A DNA stretch of 51,762 nt. Source: a virus (taxonomy: Duplodnaviria; Caudoviricetes). The notes beneath the pieces are model-generated. The model worked only from the letters and a program-made list of their open reading frames with translations, ran no database searches and had not been told where the DNA came from. Of this stretch, positions 28,003 to 37,603 are shown in pieces. Every line of letters begins with the position of its first letter. Position 1 is the stretch's first letter. The DNA lies in the IMG/VR virus record IMGVR_UViG_3300020213_000040, positions 1 through 51,762 of that record; one strand, given 5' to 3'. The translations under genes were made by a program, and so were the position numbers.

Positions 28003-29775
28003 GTGGCGACACGTACAGCGTCGGTTACGGAGCTATGGTCGAATACAGCAACTTGGGGCGGGGCCGCGGTTCCGGTTGACACGGATAATGTCGTCATCAA
28101 CACGGGCGTCACCGTAACCTTTAATGTTAATCAGAGCGCTTTCGCTTCTGGCATTGCTGGCATTGCCATTAACGGCACGGGGCGTCTGCAATTCAGCACC
28201 GATGGCACGGTGACGTACCTCAAGGCGTCCGGCAATATCTCTGGCGCAGGTAGTTTGTACATCGGCAACAGCGATGCCGATCCGATCCCCGCGCCTGCGG
28301 GATCAACGCCGGAAGTGGCAACACTCGCTTTCAACGGCAACTTCGGCATTACCATCACGGGCACAGTCGAAACACATGGCGAGTTACGCAACCCGGCGGC
28401 TGCGATTACGAGCAAGACCGACAATACGCATATCATCGTCGCGGCGGGCGGCCCAACCTTCCGTGCCGGAGATGTGATTTGTATCTCAGACAGCACCGTC
28501 ATCGGCAAGCACAGTCCGGCGACGGAGAGTTTTACGGTCAGTGCCTACAACGCGGGCACACGCGAGATCACGCTTGGCAGCAGTCTCACCCGTTCGGTCA
28601 ATCAGAACAGTGTCACCGATTACGTGCTGCTGGTCAGTCGCAATATTTTGCTTCTTGGAATGACCAACGCCAGCAATTTCCTCTCCGGCACGGGTGTAAC
28701 GCTGGTTATCAAGGGCGCACGTTTTTCGTGGAGTGTCGCGGGCGGCTCGGTAGTGACAGCGAACACGGGCGGTTCGGGGCCGGGCACAACCAGTGGTGCT
28801 GAGTTTGCCTACTGTACGGCAGATGGGCTGCCGAACACCTTTACTGGCTATGCGACTAGCACCACGCGCTATATCGCCATAACAGCGTGTGTGTCTATTA
28901 ACTCGACCAGCGGCATGGTCAGCTACTATGCCCCAACCGTCACCAACTGCTACGCGCTGAATTGCACGGTTGGCATACTGGGTAACGCGACACTTGCCGA
29001 CGGCGCGGCTGTTGGCTGTGTAGCGCTTAACTGTACCAACGGCGGGCTGATGGGGGCGACGAACTTTTCCAAGTTCTACATAGTTAACTGCATCGCCTAT
29101 AACTGCACCCACGGCATGTTAGGTGGATCGAACTCCGTGATGGGTCGCGGTAAAGTCGTCAACTGCACTTTCCGCCACAATACCAACGATATTAACGGCA
29201 TCTCCAATATCCTGCTGTTCAATACGCTGCTGGATGATGCGTCGGAAGTCGTTGTTGCGAATCTCTTTTCGCTGCCCAATACATCGGTGATGTCGTTCGA
29301 CCATGACCAAGTAGCAGGCGCGTTCAAGGCATGGACGTTCGGCGGCAACGTGACCAGCGTCAGTAGCCCGGTGTTCGACACCAGTCGCGTTCGCAGTTTT
29401 CAGCACGGGCCGACATCGGCCCTCTTCCCGGTTTTCATGGAGCGCGAAATTCTCGTTCCTGCGGGCGCTAGTCTGTACGTGCGCTGCTACGTCCGCAAAA
29501 CCGTGACGATGACTTATCTCCCGCGCCTGTGGGTGTTTAGCCTCGATAAAGAGCCACTCATCACGGGTTCTCCAGACAGTGAACAAATCATGACCAACAG
29601 TATCGACACATGGGAAATTCTGACGGCGACGGTGACGAACAGCAGCGACAGCCCTAAATTGTACATGGTCAGAACCCTTGCTAAAAATGCTTCGGGGCTG
29701 GTTTACTTTGACCCGATCATTCGCACGAGCAGCTTTATAGCCGACGCAGGTATGCTCGGCGGAATGGCTTCTTAA
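28003..29775 (+). CDS. Tail fibre / receptor-binding protein (G8-like N-terminus + beta-helix)
   Basis: WSNTATWGGAAVP...NVVINTGVTVTF; repeated NCxAxNC beta-helix rungs. Confidence 0.7.
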   Translation: MATRTASVTELWSNTATWGGAAVPVDTDNVVINTGVTVTFNVNQSAFASGIAGIAINGTGRLQFSTDGTVTYLKASGNISGAGSLYIGNSDADPIPAPAGSTPEVATLAFNGNFGITITGTVETHGELRNPAAAITSKTDNTHIIVAAGGPTFRAGDVICISDSTVIGKHSPATESFTVSAYNAGTREITLGSSLTRSVNQNSVTDYVLLVSRNILLLGMTNASNFLSGTGVTLVIKGARFSWSVAGGSVVTANTGGSGPGTTSGAEFAYCTADGLPNTFTGYATSTTRYIAITACVSINSTSGMVSYYAPTVTNCYALNCTVGILGNATLADGAAVGCVALNCTNGGLMGATNFSKFYIVNCIAYNCTHGMLGGSNSVMGRGKVVNCTFRHNTNDINGISNILLFNTLLDDASEVVVANLFSLPNTSVMSFDHDQVAGAFKAWTFGGNVTSVSSPVFDTSRVRSFQHGPTSALFPVFMEREILVPAGASLYVRCYVRKTVTMTYLPRLWVFSLDKEPLITGSPDSEQIMTNSIDTWEILTATVTNSSDSPKLYMVRTLAKNASGLVYFDPIIRTSSFIADAGMLGGMAS

Positions 29776-30983
29776 TGGCAAAGCTATGGCAAAAGAACGG
29801 GGTCACGTCGCTCATCCTGCGTGTGTTCATTCCCGACATCACATCCGTCATCGGCGCTGGAAAGACCGGGCTGACGTTCGGTTCTGTGGGACTGATTATC
29901 GCTACGATTGCCGATAATGAGGCAGCGGCGACACTCTATACGCAGGCAGCCGGAAACGTCGAGAACATCACAACGCTCGGCACTTTCGCCGCGCCAACGG
30001 CCAGCAAAGTGCGTTTCAAGGAAGTAGACGCCACGAACTTTCCCGGCATCTACGAAATCCAGATCGCCGATGCGCGCTGGGCGGTCTCTGGAGCGCGCAG
30101 CTTGCTTGTTTCGCTGCCCGGTGTGAGTGGCTTGGGCACAGGTTACGTGCGCGCTGAAATTCAACTGACGGCGGTTGACCCACAAAATGCCAACAACTTC
30201 GGCATGGCCTATCTCGACGCGGCGGTATCCACAGCAGGTGCGACAGCAGCAGCTATTTGGGCATATGTGAATCGCTCACTGACGGACAAGGCAGGCTTTA
30301 GCCTTGCTACGCCGCCGCCGACAGTACCGGAAATTCAGACCGGACTGGCTACATCGGCGAACCAGACGATCATCAACAACAATGTGCTGTCAGTGGCTGC
30401 TCTCGTAACAACCGTCATCAACCGGGTCGGCGCGTTGACCGGCACAGGCGTAAACACCATTTTTGGCTTCTTGCAAGCGATTATGCGTAGTAATGCCACA
30501 CTGCCCAGCGACGTGGGCGGCACGTATGACCCGACGACGGACAGCCTTGAAGCGGCCAGCTCGAGCGGCGGTCTCACGGCTGAAGAACACGCGAAGGTGA
30601 TGGCACTCGGCTCCGGCACGGTCACATTCCTCTCCGTCGTTAATGTAAGGACGGGCATTCCGGAACTCGTGCGCGGCGACGACTATACCGCCGCAACCGG
30701 ACGTGAGCTGTCGTGGCTGATCGAAGGTTTTCCGACGTTCACTTCGATGAAGTTCAAACTCAAGCGCAAGAGTTACGCTGGGTTGGTACTCGACATTCCA
30801 ATGACCATCACGCCGGAAGGCAGCGGCCAGCGCGTTAAGGTGCCCATCACTCGCACCCAAACCGCTGCACTCCTTGTCGGCGACAGCGTGTACACCTTCG
30901 ACTTGGAAGGCGTTATTGCCGGGGGCGACGTGATGACACCGATGGTAAACAAAAAAGTGGCCGTGCTCGCCGACACCAGATAG
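29775..30983 (+). CDS. Tail-associated structural protein
   Basis: GKTGLT...EVDATNFPGIYE pattern; C-terminal RGDD baseplate-upper-like domain. Confidence 0.6.
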   Translation: MAKLWQKNGVTSLILRVFIPDITSVIGAGKTGLTFGSVGLIIATIADNEAAATLYTQAAGNVENITTLGTFAAPTASKVRFKEVDATNFPGIYEIQIADARWAVSGARSLLVSLPGVSGLGTGYVRAEIQLTAVDPQNANNFGMAYLDAAVSTAGATAAAIWAYVNRSLTDKAGFSLATPPPTVPEIQTGLATSANQTIINNNVLSVAALVTTVINRVGALTGTGVNTIFGFLQAIMRSNATLPSDVGGTYDPTTDSLEAASSSGGLTAEEHAKVMALGSGTVTFLSVVNVRTGIPELVRGDDYTAATGRELSWLIEGFPTFTSMKFKLKRKSYAGLVLDIPMTITPEGSGQRVKVPITRTQTAALLVGDSVYTFDLEGVIAGGDVMTPMVNKKVAVLADTR

Positions 30984-30997
30984 GTGAGGAGAAACTC

Positions 30998-31831
30998 GTG
31001 CAGAAACTCGTGCAGAAACTGTGGAAGCAGATTGGGCGGCGCGGGGCGCTGTTGGTGACGCTGACGCTTGCCGTGTTCTGCTTGCTTGCCTTCCAAGTGA
31101 CACCGCAGCCAAGCCCCACGCCGCTCATTACTTTCGCGCCGCAGACGCCTGCGCCGGCTGTCGATGATGATCGGCTGTGGGATCTGCTGGATAAAGCGCT
31201 GCCGCTGCTGCTCGCGGGCGGCGCGCTCGTCGTCGCTATGGGTCGAAAGCAGGTCGATAAAGCGGGTGTCGAGGTTGAAGCCGCGAAAGAAGATGTCGCT
31301 GGCAAAGCGCTGATTAACCGTTTCGCTGAGAAGACGCTTTCTTCTTCCGATAGCGCAGAGGCAGCGGCAAAGTCAGCAGCAGAAGCGGCGCGCATCGCTC
31401 AAGGCACAGTCGAGACGGTTACCGTCTTGCAAGGACAGATCACCAATCTGAACACCAAGCTGGGCGACAGCGATATGACCATCATTGCGCTGCAAAATCA
31501 GAACAAATCGCAGCAGAATCAGATCGAAGACCTGCGCCGACAGTTGCTAGACTGGAAGGATGAGAACGAAACAAAGGGTCTGCTGCTGCTTGAGAAAGAC
31601 AAGCAGATGGCTCAAAAAGAGACCGACTGGCGGCGCACTGTCGAACTCCGGGACGTAGACATCGCACGGCTGAATAATCAGTTGTACAACGCGGCCCTCC
31701 AACTGACACCGCCGAATTTCAACAACACACTCCATCAGCCGGTGATTAACGCCGAGACGGTTCAAAAGGTGGAAATTCAGAATACAACGGAGAATCCCGT
31801 GCCGACCATTGACCTGCAGATGGAGCAGTAG
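30998..31831 (+). CDS. Membrane-anchored coiled-coil protein (lysis accessory?)
   Basis: Two hydrophobic segments then a coiled coil; upstream of the lysin. Confidence 0.55.
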   Translation: MQKLVQKLWKQIGRRGALLVTLTLAVFCLLAFQVTPQPSPTPLITFAPQTPAPAVDDDRLWDLLDKALPLLLAGGALVVAMGRKQVDKAGVEVEAAKEDVAGKALINRFAEKTLSSSDSAEAAAKSAAEAARIAQGTVETVTVLQGQITNLNTKLGDSDMTIIALQNQNKSQQNQIEDLRRQLLDWKDENETKGLLLLEKDKQMAQKETDWRRTVELRDVDIARLNNQLYNAALQLTPPNFNNTLHQPVINAETVQKVEIQNTTENPVPTIDLQMEQ

Positions 31832-31833
31832 CT

Positions 31834-32040
31834 ATGCCTCACCCGCGCCCCTGCTGGATACGCTGGAAAACTGGCTTTGCGCCCGCGCTCGGTCAGCCAC
31901 ACCCGGAGCGAACCGGGATATGGCAGGTTCTTGTACCTCCGAATTGGCAGCATGATCGCTCGGCAGAGGATAAGAGCGAAGTCGTCACGGTGCTGGCAAA
32001 TCAAGTGTTCGAAATAGTTGGAGAGGCGGTCAGCCTATGA
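31834..32040 (+). CDS. Hypothetical protein
   Basis: Fills the gap; ATGA coupling to the lysin. Confidence 0.45.
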   Translation: MPHPRPCWIRWKTGFAPALGQPHPERTGIWQVLVPPNWQHDRSAEDKSEVVTVLANQVFEIVGEAVSL

Positions 32041-34073
32041 GGCAGCCGATTGGGCTTCACGCCACAAATCAACGCAGTGCGGAACTTTTCACCGCCGTCG
32101 AGCAGCTTCAGCCGACGGCGGTTTTAATTCTGGACGGTCTCGGCGAGGCGGTTCACATCCACGAGCGGCTCGGCGTGCCCTATGTCTTTCATCGTGTGTT
32201 CAACGGCAATGAAGGCAGTCTATGGAATAACCGACTGAGTGCCTACAAAGCGCCATCGAAGTGGATTGATGAGTGGCGCAATCAGGGTCACCCGGAGATC
32301 GCCCGTGTCGTGCTGAATGAGCCGGGAATCAGCAGTGAAGAAGAGATGGCGCGCCTCTTTGATTACCTGATGGACGTGGGAGATCGCGCCGCTGCGGCTG
32401 GCTTCAAGGCTTCGCTCGGCGGGTTTGCGACAGCAAACACCATCCGCGAGGGCTGGCTGTGGAGTGAGCCGACGCGCACGGTCTGGCGCTCGACCACCGT
32501 GTATGACAGGTTTCTTCGATGGGCAGCCGATTGGACGACTGAGGGGCACGGCTTTGTCGATTGGCACAACTACAGCACGTTCCCGCCTGTCGATGGCAAT
32601 GGCGATGCCACTGCTCTCCTCGATCCGGCGCGCTGTCAGCGTGGACAGTGGAAGACACGTCAACAGGTCTTAGAGACGAACTGGCGCGATAACTGGCTCA
32701 TGTACCGCGACGTGTGGCTGGCGAAGCGCTGCGAGGCGCTCGGCGTGTCGATGCATCATGTCGTCTACGGCGAAGGCTGGGCAGATGCTATGCCGAATTT
32801 AGCCTCGATCTATAGCCAGCTTGAAGCGCAGCTTCCCGGTCTCAAGGTCGAAGGCCCGTTCAGCATGGGCGTGTTCTACGCCAACCGTTTCCCCGGACAT
32901 ACGCAACCAGAAGTTATGCGCTGGGTCGATGAGTGGATTATCGACACGATGCCGGCCTACGCGGTGGGCTTGTGCTTCTTCGCGTGGAACTTCAATGCGC
33001 CGTGGCACAACAACCGTGCCGCAGGCGGGCGGATGTACAACGTCGGCGAACGTCCCGACGTGCTTTCCGAGATGTATAGGTTAAAGGAGCGAGTTCAAAT
33101 GCCTGATTACGGCATACCCGTAAGCGCACGTATCGCCGCCGATTACAACCTGCGCGAGCAGCCGACGACGAGCGGCAAGCTGGTCGTGACAGTCACGAAG
33201 AACAGTGAGGTCAAATACTACCCCGTCAGTAAGACGGTTGGCGGTGCTTTTAACTGGCTGCGCGTCGATTTCGGCGCGAAATCCGGTTGGATGGCAGATC
33301 AGGGCCAGTTCGTACCGATTGATACCACGCCTGCGCCGTCGCCGACTGTGTTGGTGCATGTGCCGTTTCGTTCGCAGATCGGCAGCGAAGCGCCCAACGC
33401 CAACGACTGCGGGCCTGCCTGTGTCGCCAGCGTCGCCAACTGGGCGGGTTTGCAGTTGAACGATCCGGTTTTGCAAGCGGTCACGGTAGGCAATGTGAGC
33501 GCCTATTTGGGGCACGGCAACAACACGACCTCGCTGACGCAGCTTGAGCGCGCTTTGGAGCATTGGGCTGTGCCAGCCGTCGTGCAGTCAGGCCCATTCA
33601 ACGGCATGACTCCAGCCGCCATCCGAGCCGAATTGGACGCCGGACGCCCGGTCATCATGCTCGTCCATCGCGCCAAGCTCAAGCCGACGTTCTACAACTT
33701 CGACGGCTCTCACTTCATCGCTGTCGTCGGCTATGCGCCGGGCTGGATGTTCTACCACGATCCGCTCGGCGTCGATGCGGCTCAAGGCGCGATCATCCCG
33801 ATGAAGGATGTTGACTTCGAGGCGGCGATCTACGAGACCCCCGGCAACGCTGGACTGCACTATGCGGGCGTGACTGTGGCGTTGCCTGTCGTTGTGCCGC
33901 CTAACCCTAAGCCGGATACATCCAAGAGTTTGATTGTCAAAATCACCGGCCCAACTGAAGCGGATGTGGATGTGGTTATGGCGGCGATACGGACGATCAT
34001 CACGGTATCTGTGACCATCGCCAACAACGAGGCCGAGATTGAACTTGTGTCTGAAACGGACGCGGTGCAGTAG
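32037..34073 (+). CDS. Modular lysin: glycoside hydrolase-like + SH3-like + C39-like peptidase
   Basis: VLNEPG (GH-A type NEP); YNLREQP...WLRVDFGAKSGWM (SH3); VPFRSQ...DCGPAC...SHFIAVVGY...YHDP (C39 Cys-His-Asp). Confidence 0.8.
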   Translation: MRQPIGLHATNQRSAELFTAVEQLQPTAVLILDGLGEAVHIHERLGVPYVFHRVFNGNEGSLWNNRLSAYKAPSKWIDEWRNQGHPEIARVVLNEPGISSEEEMARLFDYLMDVGDRAAAAGFKASLGGFATANTIREGWLWSEPTRTVWRSTTVYDRFLRWAADWTTEGHGFVDWHNYSTFPPVDGNGDATALLDPARCQRGQWKTRQQVLETNWRDNWLMYRDVWLAKRCEALGVSMHHVVYGEGWADAMPNLASIYSQLEAQLPGLKVEGPFSMGVFYANRFPGHTQPEVMRWVDEWIIDTMPAYAVGLCFFAWNFNAPWHNNRAAGGRMYNVGERPDVLSEMYRLKERVQMPDYGIPVSARIAADYNLREQPTTSGKLVVTVTKNSEVKYYPVSKTVGGAFNWLRVDFGAKSGWMADQGQFVPIDTTPAPSPTVLVHVPFRSQIGSEAPNANDCGPACVASVANWAGLQLNDPVLQAVTVGNVSAYLGHGNNTTSLTQLERALEHWAVPAVVQSGPFNGMTPAAIRAELDAGRPVIMLVHRAKLKPTFYNFDGSHFIAVVGYAPGWMFYHDPLGVDAAQGAIIPMKDVDFEAAIYETPGNAGLHYAGVTVALPVVVPPNPKPDTSKSLIVKITGPTEADVDVVMAAIRTIITVSVTIANNEAEIELVSETDAVQ

Positions 34074-34107
34074 CCGCGTCCGTCTATCGTAAATCGAGTA
34101 TGGGAGA

Positions 34108-34335
34108 TTGAAGAAAGTGGTACGTGCAAAGTTTCAGGTCACGGAGATCAAAGCGGGTGAAGAAGGTGCGACGGTTTATCTGTCGCCCGTCACCAGCGGC
34201 AGCCGGGAAAACGAGCAGTTCTACAAGTGGACACCGGGCGGACAGATCATCCTTTCGACGATCAACTCCGATGCCGCCGCTCAATTCGTCGTCGACGACG
34301 AATTCTACGTCGATTTCACTCACGCCGACGCTTAA
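34108..34335 (+). CDS. Small conserved-looking phage protein
   Basis: VRAKF...ENEQFYKWTPGGQI...FYVDFT; GGGAG RBS. Confidence 0.65.
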   Translation: MKKVVRAKFQVTEIKAGEEGATVYLSPVTSGSRENEQFYKWTPGGQIILSTINSDAAAQFVVDDEFYVDFTHADA

Positions 34336-34399
34336 GCCTAACCTTAACCCCCATCCAGTCTGACCACTAGTTCTCAATCGAATATAGAAGGAGAAAGAC

Positions 34400-34990
34400 A
34401 TGCGTAAGCATTTCTCGGTTCTGCTGTTGTCTCTATTGTTGGTGTTGATGTTGCTGCTCGTGCCGGCAGCGTTCGCGCAGGAGCAAACGCCGGAAGCCCA
34501 GCCTCCGGGTGAGATCGTCAGCATGACCGAAGTCGAGGAAGGCGACACGAGTCTAACAGGCGAGGACGTAGGCTTGGCTGACTCGCCCAGTGATCCCACC
34601 ATCATTGGTTCGCCGACGGGCGCGGATGCGGAATTGCAAGCAGCGCTGGAACTGATAATCAAGATGGTGTCGGATGTGACGTTCATCCCCGGCGCTGCGG
34701 CGCTGGTGATCGCGCTAACGGCTATCCTCAAGCGCTTCCTGCCGATCAACGCGGCCTACATCGCGCTCGGCTTGCAGGTCATTGTCTGGGTGGCGTGGAT
34801 ACTGGTCAAAAACGCCGGATATGAACTGCAATTCCAATCGGTCATTGATTCGCTCACAACTGTTGTCAGTGGGCTTGTTGGACTTGTGCTTTCAACGGCA
34901 GCAGCCACCAAAGGTTACAACGCACTCGTTCGAGCTGAAGCGCCAATCTTAGGTGATACGATGGCGGCGATACGGGCGCAGCGCGAATAG
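34400..34990 (+). CDS. Holin-like membrane protein with N-terminal signal peptide
   Basis: Signal peptide (AFA-Q) plus three TM helices at the end of the lysis module. Confidence 0.6.
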   Translation: MRKHFSVLLLSLLLVLMLLLVPAAFAQEQTPEAQPPGEIVSMTEVEEGDTSLTGEDVGLADSPSDPTIIGSPTGADAELQAALELIIKMVSDVTFIPGAAALVIALTAILKRFLPINAAYIALGLQVIVWVAWILVKNAGYELQFQSVIDSLTTVVSGLVGLVLSTAAATKGYNALVRAEAPILGDTMAAIRAQRE

Positions 34991-35013
34991 TGTTGGTGAC
35001 CACATGAAGAGCG

Positions 35014-35041
35014 AAGACCCGGCACTGTGCCGGGTCTTTTT
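35014..35041 (+). terminator. Late operon terminator
   Basis: AAGACCCGGCA-CTG-TGCCGGGTCTTTTT between convergent genes. Confidence 0.85.
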
Positions 35042-35057
35042 GATTCCTCTGGGTTAC

Positions 35058-35108
35058 CCGAAAGAAGCGCCGTAAAGCCCCTACCTTTAGCTGTGGGGAG
35101 TATGTCAC
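35058..35108 (+). mobile_element. 51-bp single-hairpin IS200/IS605-derived mini-element (left/right end hybrid)
   Basis: TTAC|CCGAAAGAAGCGCCGT-AAAG-CCCCTACCTTTAGCTGTGGGG-AGTATG-TCAC. Confidence 0.75.
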
Positions 35109-35359
35109 GGGGTTCGATCTTGAGGATGCGGGTTCTCGTCGAAGATGCCGCTCAACTTGCAATCTGGGCAGAAACAACCCTCCGGGCATTGAAAAGGCTC
35201 TGCACTCAGCCACTCGTATGCGGTTTGACCTGCCCCAACGAAATTGTGCCAGTAGGCGTAGTATTGCGGCGCGATGTAAGATGCGTAGCCGGGTGCAACA
35301 AGATCGTGTACGTAGCCGGGCAGCGCTTCGCGGTAGTACATCGGATTAGACTTCTGCAT
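35105..35359 (-). CDS. Hypothetical early protein with a Cys cluster
   Basis: GAGG RBS; MQKSNPMYY...CPEGCFCPDC. Confidence 0.6.
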   Translation of the reverse strand: MQKSNPMYYREALPGYVHDLVAPGYASYIAPQYYAYWHNFVGAGQTAYEWLSAEPFQCPEGCFCPDCKLSGIFDENPHPQDRTP

Positions 35360-35392
35360 GATCGTTTGCCTCGTTTTCGTTTTAAGGTAGTC

Positions 35393-35439
35393 GGTTTTGA
35401 AAATGGGCTTGTAGGGGCGCGTGGATGACTGCGCGCCCC
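35393..35439. repeat. Intergenic repeat copy 1: 28-bp direct repeat plus GTAG-led hairpin
   Basis: GGTTTTGAAAATGGGCTTGTAGGGGCGC, identical at 36512-36539. Confidence 0.85.
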
Positions 35440-35447
35440 GATCTGGA

Positions 35448-36473
35448 TTAGCTCTTAGCCAGTTCAGCGAACATGCCGTAGCCGCGCTTGATGGTGCGAG
35501 CGCGATCACCGTCGATGATGTTCTGCGCCATCGACTGCGTTGTGCCTCGTCGGTAGGTCTCGAACTCGGCAACCGCGTTCCAGCCGGCCCATGCCGTGCC
35601 TTCCGTCGCTACGCCGGATAAGCCCGTGCCTTCGCCTTCATACAGGCGCACGACTGTCGAACGCGCACGAGTCACCCAATCACGGCGGTACTCGTAGGCT
35701 TGCAGCACATCGTCCCATTCGCGCTTACGCGGCGAATCAGCGTTCGGACGCTGCGGCAGCTTGTAGAGCGTGTCGGCGATCATCTTCACCTGCACCGTCG
35801 TCACAGGCTTGGCCGCCAGAATGTCGTAGGCTTCTTTCATCACTTCCAGCGACATGAGCGCGGCTTGGTAGGTGTCCTTCAGCCAGCGAGCCAGCAGCTT
35901 TGATGCGCCCTTGGTGTGGCGAATACGGAAATTGCTTTCGGAGCGCCCAATCGCGGCGCGAAGCGTGTTCGCGCACACGACGCGAATGTTGGCGACGTGG
36001 CCAGAAGCGGCTCCAGTGCCGTCCATTGGATTGTTGAGAATCAGGTAGTTATCGACGGCCTCACCGCGCACATCGAAGGTTGGCAGCTTGCCCGTGATGA
36101 ACAGCGAAGTGCCGCTCCGTAGGAATGCCATCGTTTCAACCGGCAGTGTGACCTGCGAGTCCCACATATTTGCAGCGCTGTACGGCGTGATGAGTTCGTA
36201 GTCGCTGCTGACCACGCCGAACTGAACAGCTTTCGGATCTTCCGGCATTCCAGCGCGAACGATGGCGCTGTAGCCGCTCGAAATCTGCTGTCCGTTGTAG
36301 TCGTAGCCGAGCGGTACGAGTTCGACCACCGGCTCTCCCATCAGCTTGAGAACATCGCCAGCCGTGCGAGTGCCATCGTCGGTGATGCCCAGCTCGTCGA
36401 GCAGGCTGATGTGATGCCACGCCGGAACGTTGCGAGCCGAGTAAAAACGCTTTGACCAGATTTCGTGTGCCAT
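35448..36473 (-). CDS. DUF932 / TIGR03299-like phage-plasmid protein
   Basis: PAWH, GVVSSDYE, YLILNNPMDG, IRVVCANTL, IRHT, GTAWAGWNAVAEF. Confidence 0.85.
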   Translation of the reverse strand: MAHEIWSKRFYSARNVPAWHHISLLDELGITDDGTRTAGDVLKLMGEPVVELVPLGYDYNGQQISSGYSAIVRAGMPEDPKAVQFGVVSSDYELITPYSAANMWDSQVTLPVETMAFLRSGTSLFITGKLPTFDVRGEAVDNYLILNNPMDGTGAASGHVANIRVVCANTLRAAIGRSESNFRIRHTKGASKLLARWLKDTYQAALMSLEVMKEAYDILAAKPVTTVQVKMIADTLYKLPQRPNADSPRKREWDDVLQAYEYRRDWVTRARSTVVRLYEGEGTGLSGVATEGTAWAGWNAVAEFETYRRGTTQSMAQNIIDGDRARTIKRGYGMFAELAKS

Positions 36474-36511
36474 GAGATTTGTTCCTCTCGTGTTTGTCGG
36501 TTAGGTTAGAT

Positions 36512-36556
36512 GGTTTTGAAAATGGGCTTGTAGGGGCGCAGCTTGCCACGCCCCTA
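36512..36556. repeat. Intergenic repeat copy 2
   Basis: Same 28 bp; TAGGGGCG...CGCCCCTA hairpin. Confidence 0.85.
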
Positions 36557-36567
36557 TCGTCGATTAG

Positions 36568-36822
36568 CTAGGCCAGAAAGCGGCGCATACGGTTGCGCTC
36601 GGCTACCGATTGCGTGTCGTAGCCGCCGAGCAGACGAACCTCAACCGGCTCATCGTCGTCTTCTGGCTCCGGCGCGATCTGGCATTCGTAGCACTGGGCA
36701 TCACCATTGAGTTCGCACTCGCAGGCGCACGTCGGGCAAATGTCCATCTGCTCGTCGTGAAGATCTGCAACGTCTTCGAAGTCGGGCCAATCGAGGATTG
36801 CTAACTGTGTGAGGAAAACCAT
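36568..36822 (-). CDS. Small acidic zinc-ribbon protein
   Basis: AAGGAG RBS; CPTC...CYEC. Confidence 0.65.
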   Translation of the reverse strand: MVFLTQLAILDWPDFEDVADLHDEQMDICPTCACECELNGDAQCYECQIAPEPEDDDEPVEVRLLGGYDTQSVAERNRMRRFLA

Positions 36823-36891
36823 CGTGATATACTCTCCTTGTGGGGCGGCGTCATCTTCCCGGACACCGCCGCCCCGCGAACAATAAAGGTT

Positions 36892-37182
36892 TTAGTAAGC
36901 GGCAGAGGCTACGGCTTCTGCCGTTTGCCATTCTAGGATCAGGTGCTCAAAGCCAAACCAGTGGTTGCGCCACTCCAACAGGATGTCATCCCAAATACGG
37001 ACGTAGGCATCTTGCCGCACTTCGTCGATCTTCAAAACGACGCCGATATATTCCCGGTAACTGGTCGCAACTGTTACAGTGAGATCCACGACAATGCGCT
37101 CAACAACCTCTTCCGGCATGACGTGATCGGCATCATCGGCTTCGTTGAAAAACAGATCACTAAACAGACTTTGGAGGGACAT
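36892..37182 (-). CDS. Hypothetical acidic early protein
   Basis: GAAAGG RBS; first gene after the leftward promoter. Confidence 0.6.
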   Translation of the reverse strand: MSLQSLFSDLFFNEADDADHVMPEEVVERIVVDLTVTVATSYREYIGVVLKIDEVRQDAYVRIWDDILLEWRNHWFGFEHLILEWQTAEAVASAAY

Positions 37183-37206
37183 TTTCAAGCTACCTTTCAT
37201 GTTTAC

Positions 37207-37272
37207 AGTGTAACACACGTCAAGCACGAAAGTCAAGCGGTTATTGCTAATGTTTACAATCTTTGCTATGCT
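37207..37272. promoter_or_regulatory. Divergent sigma70 promoters
   Basis: Minus: TTGACT-18-TACACT with extended TG; plus: TTGCTA-17-TATGCT; ATGTTTACA at 37199 and 37250. Confidence 0.65.
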
Positions 37273-37303
37273 GATAACTATGTCATTTGGAAAGGAGTTT
37301 TCT

Positions 37304-37510
37304 ATGGCTTCTCAAAGTCGGATTGCCACTAACCGCATTCCGATCACGCCTGAGCTGCACGAAGAACTGAGGGAGTTTCGGGACGGGCTGAAAGTCAGCT
37401 TTAACGAGGCTATCGAATTGATGTTGAGGGAGTTGAAGCAGGAAGACGATGCCTACACTGCCGGGAAGAAGTTGCGTCAGAAAGTAATGAAACAGCAAAA
37501 AGTGAGCTAA
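37304..37510 (+). CDS. Ribbon-helix-helix-like regulator
   Basis: NRIPITPELHEELREFRDGLKVSFNEAIELML; AAGGAG RBS. Confidence 0.65.
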   Translation: MASQSRIATNRIPITPELHEELREFRDGLKVSFNEAIELMLRELKQEDDAYTAGKKLRQKVMKQQKVS

Positions 37511-37603
37511 AAGCAAAACCCGCCGGGGCTTCGTGGCGGGCTTCACAGAGTCATATTTTCGCGGGCTGCGGTCAACAGCCCCTAGCCGATAGGATACCAT
37601 GAA

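Noticed and set aside
28003-29775. Diversity-generating retroelement target
   Set aside because: No reverse transcriptase and no template/variable repeat pair seen.
30991-31020. 12-bp tandem repeat (GAAACTCGTGCA) at a start codon as phase variation
   Set aside because: In frame, about 2.5 copies; most likely a neutral duplication.
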